64,000 nt of DNA from a virus, in the IMG/VR virus record IMGVR_UViG_3300025120_009955, positions 1 through 64,000 of that record; one strand, written 5' to 3'. The position numbers and the translations under genes were made by a program. Positions 47,632-57,639 of the stretch are shown here, in pieces. A model generated the notes under the pieces. That model worked only from the letters and a program-made list of their open reading frames with translations, did no database searches and had not been told where the DNA came from. The stretch's first letter is position 1. Every line of letters starts with the position of its first letter.

Positions 47632-48840
47632 TTAAGACGTTAGTAGTTGGTGTATAGATTGCCAATCAACTTGGCTAGTATAGTTGATATCGTTGAATAA
47701 GGACTTAGTGTTAGTTATTAATTCTTTGGCGATAATATGCCTAAATTCACCATAAAAGTGGTTAAAATTATGTTCGATAATAGGTTTTAGATGCTCCTGA
47801 ACGTCGGTTTTGTCACTAGGTGATAGATTAGCGTACCAGTGTAGCTGACTAACTACTTTGTTGATTCTTTCTTGATTGTCTTGACAGATATCATAATCTT
47901 CGTCGATAACGCTATCAAATGTTTTAAATCCATAACTCTTAAGATAGGCAAGATTATCTGGAGCGGCCAATAACATAAATGGTTGCTTATTAACAATAGG
48001 CTTAAATATCTTTTCTGTTAGGTGCATTTTAGAATGATAAAATACTGTTTCAGTAACTACGTGCCAAAACGCATCCTGTTCACGTGGAATATCTGCACTA
48101 GCACTTCCTAGAACGCTAGCATTGTCTATTGTTAGTCTGGTAATATCTGTTAGATTACGTTCTATACTATCTTTTTGTTGTTCACTTAATCTAGTCTTTG
48201 GATCACTTACTTCATCTCGCCAATCGCTAATAGCATCAGTTACACCAAAGCTAACAAAACCTTTATCTAATAGATCATATTCTTTCAAAAGACTAACAAG
48301 GTAAATCCTGTAGCTACGGTCTTGTTTAATTAATCTATTATAGGTAATAAAATCTTTATCGTATTCTCGTACTATTTCTTTATCGTGATTTAATGCTTGA
48401 TATCCGCGAAACCAATCAAGTGCCGCAAATCCGTGATAAAAATAATATAAGTTTTCGAATCCATATTTTTCACTCATTTGTTTTTGAATTATACTTTTTT
48501 CGCTAGTAACTAATACAAAAGGCTTTTTAACAAATTTGGTATACCAAGCGATATAATCATCGAGCTCGTTACCCTCGAGTATATTGTTATATAACTCAGG
48601 GTACTGTTTTCTATTTGTTGCTATATCAGTATAAGGAATATTAAAATAATCTAGGTATGGTTCTGACAATTTGTCCAAAATAGGCTCTTGATCATAGAAT
48701 AAAATCTTACGGGGTGAGACAGTTTTGTTAAATATTATATATGAACTTTCCGTAGGCACTCCCTTATCAAATGCGTGCAGTTCAAAGTCTTTAAAGACTG
48801 AGTTATGTAAAAACTCGTAGATGTGATCAATTTGGAGCAT
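47632..48840 (-). CDS. Glycosyltransferase-like protein (paralog 2 of 3)
   Basis: FWHVVTET...LTEKIFKPI..KQPF...GFKTF...DEDYD. Confidence 0.55.
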   Translation of the reverse strand: MLQIDHIYEFLHNSVFKDFELHAFDKGVPTESSYIIFNKTVSPRKILFYDQEPILDKLSEPYLDYFNIPYTDIATNRKQYPELYNNILEGNELDDYIAWYTKFVKKPFVLVTSEKSIIQKQMSEKYGFENLYYFYHGFAALDWFRGYQALNHDKEIVREYDKDFITYNRLIKQDRSYRIYLVSLLKEYDLLDKGFVSFGVTDAISDWRDEVSDPKTRLSEQQKDSIERNLTDITRLTIDNASVLGSASADIPREQDAFWHVVTETVFYHSKMHLTEKIFKPIVNKQPFMLLAAPDNLAYLKSYGFKTFDSVIDEDYDICQDNQERINKVVSQLHWYANLSPSDKTDVQEHLKPIIEHNFNHFYGEFRHIIAKELITNTKSLFNDINYTSQVDWQSIHQLLTS

Positions 48841-48842
48841 AT

Positions 48843-50099
48843 ATGTCAACTAAAACATTGACTGATTTTATAAAAACAGTCGGATTTATCGGTATAGGCA
48901 AGTTAGGTATGCCTTGTGCAGAAGTAATGGCACAGGAATATAAAGTAACTGGCTATGATATTTATAGCAAGACCAGTGAGAAGATTACTATATCTGACAC
49001 ACTAGAAGGTGCAGTTAAGGGTAACGATATTATATTTGTAGCTGTGCAAACACCACACGATCAAGAGTATGATGGTAGAACACCTAGCACGCATCTGGCA
49101 AATAAAGATTTTGACTACACAATAGTTAATAAAACACTAAAAGATATTAATCAATACGTAACAAAAGATCAATTGGTAGTACTAATTTCCACAGTTCTAC
49201 CTGGTACAACCCGTAGAGAACTAAAGCAAAACATTACTAATGCACGTTTCATTTATAATCCATATCTAATTGCTATGGGATCAGTTGAATGGGATATGGT
49301 TAATCCAGAGATGGTTATCATAGGTACAGAAGATGGAAGTTTAACTGGTGATGCAAAATTACTGCAAGACTTTTATGCTCCCTTAATGGAAAACAACCCA
49401 CGCTATTCTATAGGGACTTGGGACGAAGCAGAAGCTATAAAAATATTTTACAATACATTTATCTCAACAAAAATTGCATTAGTTAATATGATACAAGATG
49501 TTGCAATGAAGAACGGTAATATAAATGTTGATATTGTTACTGATGCACTAGCAAACTCAACTACACGTATTATGAGTCCTAAGTATATGACAGCAGGTAT
49601 GGGTGATGCTGGTCCTTGCCATCCTAGAGATAATATAGCACTACGTTATCTAGCAGAAAGTTTAGATCTAGGATATGATATGTTTGACACTATAATGCAC
49701 GCAAGAGAAAAACAAGCAGAAAACATAGCTAGTTTTTTAACTGACCTACAGCAAAAAGAAAATCTTCCTATCATAATACACGGTAAATCATATAAGCCAG
49801 ACGTAGATATGGTCGATGGTAGTTATAGTCTTTTGATAGGAAGTTACTTAGAACAACAAGAAGCACATTTCTTTTACTCGGATCCACTGACTAACGACAG
49901 AGTTGCTGACGATTCTATAGGTATCATATTCTTAGCACACAACAGAGACATAACCTATGGGTATACTGGAAAACATCCAGCACAACCTTTATACTTTATA
50001 CCTGCTCCGGGAAGTATCGTGGTAGATCCTTGGCGTAAATTTAAAACTAAAAATCCTTTAATTTCAATTATACAATATGGTAACACTAGAAAAACTTAA
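48843..50099 (+). CDS. UDP-glucose/GDP-mannose dehydrogenase family protein
   Basis: GIGKLG, AVQTP, STVLPGTT, K..YN.F...K, GDAGPCHPRD. Confidence 0.88.
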   Translation: MSTKTLTDFIKTVGFIGIGKLGMPCAEVMAQEYKVTGYDIYSKTSEKITISDTLEGAVKGNDIIFVAVQTPHDQEYDGRTPSTHLANKDFDYTIVNKTLKDINQYVTKDQLVVLISTVLPGTTRRELKQNITNARFIYNPYLIAMGSVEWDMVNPEMVIIGTEDGSLTGDAKLLQDFYAPLMENNPRYSIGTWDEAEAIKIFYNTFISTKIALVNMIQDVAMKNGNINVDIVTDALANSTTRIMSPKYMTAGMGDAGPCHPRDNIALRYLAESLDLGYDMFDTIMHAREKQAENIASFLTDLQQKENLPIIIHGKSYKPDVDMVDGSYSLLIGSYLEQQEAHFFYSDPLTNDRVADDSIGIIFLAHNRDITYGYTGKHPAQPLYFIPAPGSIVVDPWRKFKTKNPLISIIQYGNTRKT

Positions 50100-50586
50100 T
50101 CCTTTTTGGGATAGAGAGTACACAGTCTTAGACTATTCCAACGAACCTTTCAATGATTCTCACTCTGTTGATTGGTGGCTTAATGCTGGGTATCATGATA
50201 AGTTTACCGGTGATATGTGCGATATGAGAAAACCACAGCCAAGTTGGAATGATCAAATTATTAGACATTTTAGTGAACTAGGATGGCAAGACATTGGCAC
50301 TAGTTATTATAGAATGGCAACAGGAACAGTATTGCCTGAACACGTTGATACATATGAAAGATACATAAATCTATTTAATCTCAAAGATAAAGAAGATACT
50401 ATCAGACGTGCTGTTGTATTCTTAGAAGATTGGAAACCAGGACACTATCTAGAAGTAGATGAAAAGCCTATACTAGAATGGAGTGCAGGTGATTATGTTG
50501 TATGGAGTAAGAAAACTCCGCATATGGCGGCCAACATAGGACTAGAGTATCGATACACTTTACAGATAACAGGACATCAATGCTAG
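50077..50586 (+). CDS. Cupin/2OG-Fe(II) oxygenase-like protein
   Basis: HVD...H.AAN...RYTLQITG. Confidence 0.6.
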   Translation: MVTLEKLNPFWDREYTVLDYSNEPFNDSHSVDWWLNAGYHDKFTGDMCDMRKPQPSWNDQIIRHFSELGWQDIGTSYYRMATGTVLPEHVDTYERYINLFNLKDKEDTIRRAVVFLEDWKPGHYLEVDEKPILEWSAGDYVVWSKKTPHMAANIGLEYRYTLQITGHQC

Positions 50587-51491
50587 TTAATAGCCATAAT
50601 GAATGGGACAAGCTCAAGAGTGTTGTAGTTGGAACAGCTACAAATGCAAATTGGCCTATCAATGATCCAGTATTTTCACAAGAAAGTTCTAAAACTACTT
50701 GGACTGAAACACCAGTTCCGAGTGGAGCAGTTTCCCAAACGATAATAGATGAGACAAATGAAGACCTTGAATTACTAGCCAACGCTCTGTTTGGTCTCGG
50801 AGTAGAGGTGCATCGTCCTAGCGATATAGACTTTGTAGCTCAAGATGGTATGTATAACTATTGTCCTAGGGATAGGTTAATTATAGCAGGTGACCGTGTT
50901 ATAGATCCTGCTATGATGTATCCTTGTAGAGATCAAGAAATTTCTGCATACGATTTTATTACACAGGATAATCAAGTATTCAAGATGCCACGTGATCAAG
51001 GTATGACACTAGATGCCGCAAATGTATGTAGACTAGGTGACACTTGGTTAGTACTAGAAAGTGAAAGTGGTAATCGTAAAGCAATTGAATGGCTACGTGA
51101 ACAAGTACCAGATATTAAAATTGAGATCTGTAACTTCTATTCAGGAGTGCATATAGATTCAACTATTTGTCCTTTACGTGAAGGATTGGTAATGTTAAAC
51201 GCATCCAGAGTTACTACAGGCAATTGTCCGAAAGTATTTGACGGTTGGGAAAAGTATTGGATAAATGATTGCGTGCCAAAACCATTCCATGAATACCCAT
51301 ACGCATCTAAGTGGGTAGGTATGAATTGTCTAAGTGTTGATCCAAATACTGTTATTATGGATTCAGCACAAACTACTATTATTAAAGATCTAGAGGCACT
51401 AGATATTACAGTGATACCATTAAACTTACGCCATAGCCGTACACTAGGCGGGTCATTTCATTGTGTGACATTAGATTTAATAAGACAATAA
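50580..51491 (+). CDS. Amidinotransferase (StrB1/inosamine-phosphate type)
   Basis: SHNEWD.L..VVVG, YCPRD, DAAN, HIDST, GGSFHCVTLD. Confidence 0.88.
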   Translation: MLVNSHNEWDKLKSVVVGTATNANWPINDPVFSQESSKTTWTETPVPSGAVSQTIIDETNEDLELLANALFGLGVEVHRPSDIDFVAQDGMYNYCPRDRLIIAGDRVIDPAMMYPCRDQEISAYDFITQDNQVFKMPRDQGMTLDAANVCRLGDTWLVLESESGNRKAIEWLREQVPDIKIEICNFYSGVHIDSTICPLREGLVMLNASRVTTGNCPKVFDGWEKYWINDCVPKPFHEYPYASKWVGMNCLSVDPNTVIMDSAQTTIIKDLEALDITVIPLNLRHSRTLGGSFHCVTLDLIRQ

Positions 51492-51528
51492 GGTAAATAG
51501 TTACATAACACAAATACAAGGTTCCTTA

Positions 51529-52260
51529 ATGTCAGAGAAGTTCTCGTCGTATACTGAAATATCAGTAAACGCATTACAGTTTAATCCCAAAGGGCAAGAA
51601 GTTTTAGATCGAAAAAAAGAAATTTTGCGATCTATTTCCGAGCGTCACGGTAGCTCACCTGCAAGTATTCTATTCTATGGATTCAGTCCATTACTACTAA
51701 TTTGTGATGCTGAGACTATAGCAGTAACAGAAATTAGCGATAAGATAAAAAAATACCTAGATGACAAAGGCATTAAATACACATATATTGAAGAAGACAA
51801 ATTAAAAGATCATGATAAGAAGTTTGATTGGGTAGTAGCAGTAGATGAATACTTTACATTTGCTAACAGTGAAGATCATCAACAGGGTAAGATTGCACGA
51901 TTGTGTGCTTTAGCTAAAAAGCTAGTAGTAACAACACTTAAAGATTATAAGAATCAAGACTTCCGTGATAAAGAATTTAGTTCTCCGTTAGCTGTAAGGA
52001 ATAACAAAGACAGTAAGGTATTTTTAGAACATCACAATTATGATTACCAAGATAGAAATAGTTGGAAGACAGTGGTATATGAGTTACTAGGCAATGAAGC
52101 AAATACAGCAGGACCATACAATCGACGTAGTATGTTTTTTAAACAGATGGCTAAGTTTAGTATAGATGCTGGTGCAAAAGAGTTTTACGTACATAAAAAT
52201 TTAATGTACAAAAGTCTCATAAAAAAGAATTATGAGCACGTAATATCAATTAGTTTTTAA
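51529..52260 (+). CDS. Hypothetical, possibly degenerate methyltransferase fold
   Basis: ILFYG, KFDWVVA.DEYFT. Confidence 0.4.
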   Translation: MSEKFSSYTEISVNALQFNPKGQEVLDRKKEILRSISERHGSSPASILFYGFSPLLLICDAETIAVTEISDKIKKYLDDKGIKYTYIEEDKLKDHDKKFDWVVAVDEYFTFANSEDHQQGKIARLCALAKKLVVTTLKDYKNQDFRDKEFSSPLAVRNNKDSKVFLEHHNYDYQDRNSWKTVVYELLGNEANTAGPYNRRSMFFKQMAKFSIDAGAKEFYVHKNLMYKSLIKKNYEHVISISF

Positions 52261-52281
52261 TATTAGTTTTTCGAGAAAAAT

Positions 52282-53544
52282 ATGGATATCAATGAATCGC
52301 TACAACCGGTAGTTGCGGGGATAATTCAAAATCTTAAGGGTGACCTTGAATCAGAACTCCGTGAACAAATAAGTCAAGAAGTTGTTAAAGCCATTGCTGG
52401 TACTGAGGTACAAGCTATAGCTGAACGTATTATCACAGGTCGTCTCAATGAGCGTATTGCAGAATTTAATATTGAAACTAAAACAAAAGATAAATTAGAT
52501 CAAGCACTAGCAAAGATTATATCTAACCTAACAGCAAACCTAACAAAGACAGCAAACGAACAAGTTAAAACAGAAATTGATGCTAGAGTAGCAACAATGG
52601 ATCTTCAATCAGTTCTAGGTGCAATGGTAGAAAGCAAGATAGGTAATCTGGTACAAACTGGAGCATTTGGAAAAGAATCTATTAACCACACAGCTATAGA
52701 TTTTAAAGGATTTAATTTTACAGGTGATCAAGTTAAAGGTGGTATCATTCAAGAATTTGGTAGTACTGGTATCGAGGATCGCTCTACCAAAATACAAATG
52801 ACTGTAATGGATACTGCTGTAGCATTTGAACAAGCAATGTGGGCTCCAAAAGCTACGATTAAAGGTGACCTAATAGTTGATGGTACACTTAAACTTACTG
52901 GAGATATAGATCCTAGTGGCCCAGCTGTTAACACTCTAGCTGAACTAACAGTAGAAAAAATTGCAGAAGATTCAACGCTACTTAGCTTGCATAGTGAAAC
53001 TATATTAAAAGATATAGGCAATCGAGGACTTGACCTAGATCGCATAACACAACAAGGTAGAGAAATAGTAGCAGGTAATCAGCTAGGATATCATATTACT
53101 GATAGTAACCTGCAGAGAGTTGGTACATTACGTGATCTACAAACCACCGGTGAATCAGTATTAAGTGATACCTTATATACTACAGGAAAACGTGTTGGAA
53201 TTAATACTATAGAACCTAGTGCTACGTTATCGATTTGGGATGAAGAAATTGAAATATCAATTGGTAAAAAATCTAAAGACAGTGGATTTATTGGAATGGA
53301 TAGATCACAATCTCTAGTAATAGGTAGTGCTGGAAATAGTAATTTAATTGTGCAACCAGATGGAAGTGTAGAAATAGAAAATTTACGTGTAGGTAATACT
53401 CCAATGAGTTCAGAGGCAGTATGTCCTAACTACAGTGCTATCACTGGAACAATAGTTTGGAATGAAGCACCAGGCCTGGGAGGCCCAGCTGGGTGGATAA
53501 ACCTAGGTGGTACAGCTTGGGGAAAATTTGGGATTATCGAATAA
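52282..53544 (+). CDS. Probable virion fibre/structural protein
   Basis: Helical N-terminus, SNLQRVGTL, RVGINT.EP, terminal GW...G..W.KFG. Confidence 0.6.
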   Translation: MDINESLQPVVAGIIQNLKGDLESELREQISQEVVKAIAGTEVQAIAERIITGRLNERIAEFNIETKTKDKLDQALAKIISNLTANLTKTANEQVKTEIDARVATMDLQSVLGAMVESKIGNLVQTGAFGKESINHTAIDFKGFNFTGDQVKGGIIQEFGSTGIEDRSTKIQMTVMDTAVAFEQAMWAPKATIKGDLIVDGTLKLTGDIDPSGPAVNTLAELTVEKIAEDSTLLSLHSETILKDIGNRGLDLDRITQQGREIVAGNQLGYHITDSNLQRVGTLRDLQTTGESVLSDTLYTTGKRVGINTIEPSATLSIWDEEIEISIGKKSKDSGFIGMDRSQSLVIGSAGNSNLIVQPDGSVEIENLRVGNTPMSSEAVCPNYSAITGTIVWNEAPGLGGPAGWINLGGTAWGKFGIIE

Positions 53545-53954
53545 TGCCAGGATACAATTCAAGTGGCACAGAGGCATTACAAGCATTAGCTAAAGAAACT
53601 AAAGTCAAAAAAGAATTAATCGATTGGCTAAAAACAGCTAATGTGTGCCCATATAACACTACAGCAAAAATAAAAAAGAAATCAGATCTACGTGTAGGGA
53701 CCGATCCTTATACAGATTGCCTAACAGCAATAATGCACGACTGGAAGAAAAAAGAAGTAATAATATTTTGGTACGCTTCTATTTCTATTAATAAAGGTGA
53801 ACTCGTTGATGCAGTTGCTCGTGCAAATAAAAAACTATTACCTCGAAATATACAGGCTATACTGAATACATCATTCCAATGGTTTAATGGTCAAGGAACT
53901 ACATTAATATTACTACAACAAAACGATAAGTCTAGCCCAAATTGGTTTTCATAA
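53544..53954 (+). CDS. Hypothetical protein
   Basis: TAATG-coupled start MPGYNS. Confidence 0.55.
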   Translation: MPGYNSSGTEALQALAKETKVKKELIDWLKTANVCPYNTTAKIKKKSDLRVGTDPYTDCLTAIMHDWKKKEVIIFWYASISINKGELVDAVARANKKLLPRNIQAILNTSFQWFNGQGTTLILLQQNDKSSPNWFS

Positions 53955-53958
53955 CGTC

Positions 53959-53987
53959 TTGACAAACTAGTAAATCGATAGTATAAT
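53959..53987 (+). promoter_or_regulatory. Consensus sigma70 early promoter
   Basis: TTGACA-N17-TATAAT. Confidence 0.85.
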
Positions 53988-53993
53988 ACTATT

Positions 53994-54443
53994 ATGTTTA
54001 GACCACTTGCAGATCAACTAATGGTACAACAACAGGTTTCCAATAGCTGGGAACACTTCGTTGGAGTTATTATGCTTAATCTGACAAATCGTAAACAGGT
54101 CAAGCAAACACTACCAGAATTCCTTTACTGGTTCCCACAACCTTATAATTTACTTAAAGCAGATCCAGAATTTGTTAAAACTATCCTTAGACCTTTAGGT
54201 ATGGTTAATGTGCGTTATACTAGATTAATAGGTATGACTACAGACTATCTAGACTGGGATGGTCACGATGCTCGAGAGCTTTACGGTATTGGTAAGTATG
54301 GTAGTGACTCATATGAAATCTTCTTTCGAGATAATCATAACTGTAATCCAACAGACAAAGAACTTAAAAGATATATTAACGAAAACAATCCGATTGACAT
54401 TTTGGTGAAAGGTGTGTATAATACTGATTATGAATACAACTAA
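53994..54443 (+). CDS. HhH-GPD DNA glycosylase (MBD4-like)
   Basis: IMLNLT..KQV, LRPLG, LYGIGKYGSDSY, P.DKEL. Confidence 0.82.
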   Translation: MFRPLADQLMVQQQVSNSWEHFVGVIMLNLTNRKQVKQTLPEFLYWFPQPYNLLKADPEFVKTILRPLGMVNVRYTRLIGMTTDYLDWDGHDARELYGIGKYGSDSYEIFFRDNHNCNPTDKELKRYINENNPIDILVKGVYNTDYEYN

Positions 54444-55467
54444 AAAGATAGGTTTTGCTTGCAAGTGGATCGATTATCCATCTCAAGTTGATGGTATCAA
54501 GCCCAAGGACAACGCTAAAGAATACAACACACGCTCAACAACAGTGCGTTGGCTAAACAATCAAACTAAAGAAGTAGCAGAACAACGACTATGGGACCTT
54601 ATGGTTCACAACATAGAATCGTCTCGTAAACTAGTAGAACGTATAGGAGGATTAGATGAACATCTCAGAATGGTTAGACTCTCAAGTGACATATTACCTG
54701 TTTATACTCAGCACGAGTGGAGTTACTTTTGGCGCCGCAGTGACGTTGTGGCTTACGCAGAGCGGGCGTTTGGTGAGGTGGGCGAGCTTGCTCGTAGCCG
54801 CGGTGTCCGTTTATCTTTTCATCCAGGCCAGTTCACAGTTTTGGCAAGTGCTAACCCAGGCATTGTCGACCGCAGTATTGAAGAATTCGAGTATCATACT
54901 GATATGATCCGATGGATGGGCTATGGTAAGACATTCCAAGACTTCAAGTGTAACGTACACATATCAGGTAAGCTAGGTCCTCGAGGCATAATGATGGCTC
55001 TTAGAAGACTAAGCCCCGAAGCAAGAAATACACTTACAATAGAAAACGACGAAATGACTTGGGGCCTAGATGCTAGTCTAGAACTAATCAAGGACTGTGC
55101 CCTAGTGCTAGATATACATCATCATTACATTAAGACAGGCGAATATATTGAACCCACAGATGATAGATTCAAAGGCGTAGTAGATAGCTGGCGAGGTGTA
55201 CGTCCTGTTATACACTATTCATACAGTAGAGACGAATGGTTGCCCGAAGGCTTTGATCACAGTGAACTACCTAACTTAAACTTATTACTTGAGAGTGGAC
55301 ACAAGAAACAGAAGTTGCGAGCTCACAGTGATTTTTACCCTAACAGATTAGCCAATGACTGGGCATTGAAGTTTTTAGATTATTCAGATATTATGTGCGA
55401 AGCAAAAGGTAAGAACTTGGCTAGTTTCCAAGTTGCTGATAGAGCTAAAGAGCTTGGATTACTTTAG
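54430..55467 (+). CDS. uvsE: UV-damage endonuclease UvsE/UVDE
   Basis: IGFAC, RLSSD, RLSFHPGQF, IENDE, LDIHHH, RAHSD, DIMCEAK.KN; TTGACA-N17-TATAAT at 54394. Confidence 0.92.
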   Translation: MNTTKKIGFACKWIDYPSQVDGIKPKDNAKEYNTRSTTVRWLNNQTKEVAEQRLWDLMVHNIESSRKLVERIGGLDEHLRMVRLSSDILPVYTQHEWSYFWRRSDVVAYAERAFGEVGELARSRGVRLSFHPGQFTVLASANPGIVDRSIEEFEYHTDMIRWMGYGKTFQDFKCNVHISGKLGPRGIMMALRRLSPEARNTLTIENDEMTWGLDASLELIKDCALVLDIHHHYIKTGEYIEPTDDRFKGVVDSWRGVRPVIHYSYSRDEWLPEGFDHSELPNLNLLLESGHKKQKLRAHSDFYPNRLANDWALKFLDYSDIMCEAKGKNLASFQVADRAKELGLL

Positions 55468-56419
55468 ACAACTCTTCTGCCCAGTTTGTTTCTAACATTA
55501 CCTTTTTATTATGTTCTGTTATAGGCTGTATCTCTTTTAGTATTTTACCCTGCGGAACTTCTTCTATTAACCTTTTCATTTCACGACCAGCCATATAGAA
55601 TCGATTGTTGTCATTTTCACAATTATCATAACTTTCGTCTATTATTCCATCAAAAGTTTTAAATCCAAATGAACGTAGATTACGTAACCAGTGTTGACCA
55701 CAAAAAGCTATAAACAGTCTTTCTGCTAGAATAGGTTTTACTGTCTTTTCTGTATAAAAATTAAAACGATTATCAGCATTAGTTTCTGCAATTACCGAGT
55801 ATGCTGTTTCATTATATATATCCGGGTGTATAATTTGACTTAGGGTACAATTTACTCCATTATAGCTAACCTGGGTAATAGTATTGTAGATGTTGTCTGG
55901 AATGTCGACTGGCCACACACCTTGTTGTTTTACTGGAAGCCATGAATGAAGATATGTCATCATGACCTTGTTGATAAGTTTATTTTGATTGACGTAATTA
56001 TATATGTAGTCTCTATGAGGTTTAGGTCTACCTAGTAGTATATCAAAATACTTGTCTTTTACCTGATAGGGAGTCAACTGATCTAAGATCTTAACTGATT
56101 TATTCTTATAAAAATTAACAGTATGCTGGAACCAATCTAACCATGGATGTGTATCAATATCAGCAATTGATCCGCATATAAAATATTTAATCCTAGGGTT
56201 CTGGTTTTGTTCTATAAAGCTAACAATCTTTGTATTAAGCTCCGATGATAGTATAATCACAGGCTTATCAATTGAATTTATTTTAGATTCCAGCTGGGCG
56301 TTATCGTCGAATGAAGTTTGGAATACTGCGAGATTGCAATGGTCCAAATCAGTGAATTGATCAAATCCTAGTTCTTTTAGTTGATATTCGCAAACACTAT
56401 TATCTGCATATATTTTCAT
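55445..56419 (-). CDS. Glycosyltransferase-like protein (paralog 3 of 3)
   Basis: YSVIAET...TEKTVKPI...GFKTF...DESYD; start MKIYADN. Confidence 0.55.
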   Translation of the reverse strand: MKIYADNSVCEYQLKELGFDQFTDLDHCNLAVFQTSFDDNAQLESKINSIDKPVIILSSELNTKIVSFIEQNQNPRIKYFICGSIADIDTHPWLDWFQHTVNFYKNKSVKILDQLTPYQVKDKYFDILLGRPKPHRDYIYNYVNQNKLINKVMMTYLHSWLPVKQQGVWPVDIPDNIYNTITQVSYNGVNCTLSQIIHPDIYNETAYSVIAETNADNRFNFYTEKTVKPILAERLFIAFCGQHWLRNLRSFGFKTFDGIIDESYDNCENDNNRFYMAGREMKRLIEEVPQGKILKEIQPITEHNKKVMLETNWAEELSKVIQAL

Positions 56420-56455
56420 ATTTTGGTTGACTTTTTGGTAAAATGACTCTATAAT
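56418..56455 (+). promoter_or_regulatory. Early promoter, copy 1 of a 25-bp repeat
   Basis: ATATTTTGGTTGACTTTTTGGTAAA; TTGACT-N17-TATAAT. Confidence 0.8.
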
Positions 56456-56483
56456 TGTATTTAACAACTTAGGAGAGTAGACA

Positions 56484-56792
56484 ATGGAAACTAACAGATC
56501 AGTATTAGATTTAACTGTAACTGAAACAATAACACAACAACTTGTTAACAACGCAGAACAATTTACTCCGCAAGATCTTAAAAAGATACAAGACGCAGTA
56601 AAATATGCTAGAGAAATTGTTGGTAATAATCAAAAGCGTTCTTTAAATGTTGGTGATCGAGTTGAGTTTACTAGTAAGAATGGTCAAGTGACTCAAGGTA
56701 CTGTTAGAAAAATAGCTATCAAGTATGTAACAGTTGATACTGATCAGAATGGTTCATGGAGAGTTCCAGCTATAATGTTAACAGCAATATAG
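56484..56792 (+). CDS. Early protein with SH3-like C-terminus
   Basis: AGGAG RBS; LNVGDRVEF...GTV.KI..K.V.V...WRVP. Confidence 0.65.
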   Translation: METNRSVLDLTVTETITQQLVNNAEQFTPQDLKKIQDAVKYAREIVGNNQKRSLNVGDRVEFTSKNGQVTQGTVRKIAIKYVTVDTDQNGSWRVPAIMLTAI

Positions 56793-56835
56793 TTTGTTGT
56801 TAATAATTACCGAAAAATTAACAACAAATAAATGT

Positions 56836-56873
56836 ATATTTTGGTTGACTTTTTGGTAAATCGGTGCTATAAT
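56836..56873 (+). promoter_or_regulatory. Early promoter, copy 2 of the 25-bp repeat
   Basis: Identical 25-mer; TTGACT-N17-TATAAT; preceded by a 12-bp inverted repeat at 56793-56828. Confidence 0.8.
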
Positions 56874-56904
56874 TATTATAACAAATAAGGAAAAGGAGAT
56901 TTAT

Positions 56905-57036
56905 ATGTTATTCGAAGCTACTGTATTACAAAATAAAGTACCAGTTGTTATGCAAACACAAGCACAGAATGCTACAGTTGCATTACAGTATTTTAGTAAC
57001 TTTGGTCGTGTAGTATCTGGACCAAACTTTAAGTAA
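56905..57036 (+). CDS. Small early protein (43 aa, unannotated)
   Basis: AAGGAG RBS; MLFEATVLQNKVPVVMQTQAQNATVALQYFSNFGRVVSGPNFK. Confidence 0.65.
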   Translation: MLFEATVLQNKVPVVMQTQAQNATVALQYFSNFGRVVSGPNFK

Positions 57037-57052
57037 CTTTAAGGAGCAGACA

Positions 57053-57409
57053 ATGGGATTAGATATGACAGCGTATGCAATAGATCCAACAGCAGATCCA
57101 AAGCAAGAACCTAAGAATCTTGCAGAGTGGAGAAAGCATCCTAACTTACACGGGTGGATGACAAAGCTATGGGTAGAAAAAACTGGCAACAAAGATGATG
57201 ATTTCAATTGTCAAGAGCTTGAATTAACTGAAGCTGACCTTGATCGTCTGTTTGAAGCTGTTGTTCTAAACAGACTTCCTGATACTACAGGCTTCTTTTA
57301 CGGCAGTGATGCTGATGACTTTTACAAGCAGAACGACAAGTTCTTTGTACAAGATGCTAAAAAAGCATTAGCTGATGGTATGCGTGTTTTTTATAACTCA
57401 TGGTGGTAG
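57053..57409 (+). CDS. Conserved phage early protein
   Basis: MGLDM...WRKHPNLHGWM...FNC...LP.T.GFF.G...YNSWW. Confidence 0.75.
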   Translation: MGLDMTAYAIDPTADPKQEPKNLAEWRKHPNLHGWMTKLWVEKTGNKDDDFNCQELELTEADLDRLFEAVVLNRLPDTTGFFYGSDADDFYKQNDKFFVQDAKKALADGMRVFYNSWW

Positions 57410-57418
57410 GAGAAACTT

Positions 57419-57487
57419 ATGAACTTTAATGAATTTGCAATTATTAGTATTAGCGTATATACAATGATATCTTTAGGTATTATTTAA
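57419..57487 (+). CDS. Hydrophobic microprotein (22 aa)
   Basis: AGGAG RBS; MNFNEFAIISISVYTMISLGII. Confidence 0.5.
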   Translation: MNFNEFAIISISVYTMISLGII

Positions 57488-57498
57488 AAGGAGATAAT

Positions 57499-57639
57499 AT
57501 GTTATTTAATTTTTGGACTGGATTAATTATTGGTGCAACTATTATGGACTTTCTCTGGGCTTGGAAGATCGGTCTTGTATCAAAGTTCATAGAAACACTT
57601 AAAATAAAATGGAAACTGATTAAAGCTAGAACACTTTAA
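57499..57639 (+). CDS. Small membrane protein (46 aa)
   Basis: AGGAG RBS; MLFNFWTGLIIGATIMDFLWAWKIG... Confidence 0.6.
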   Translation: MLFNFWTGLIIGATIMDFLWAWKIGLVSKFIETLKIKWKLIKARTL

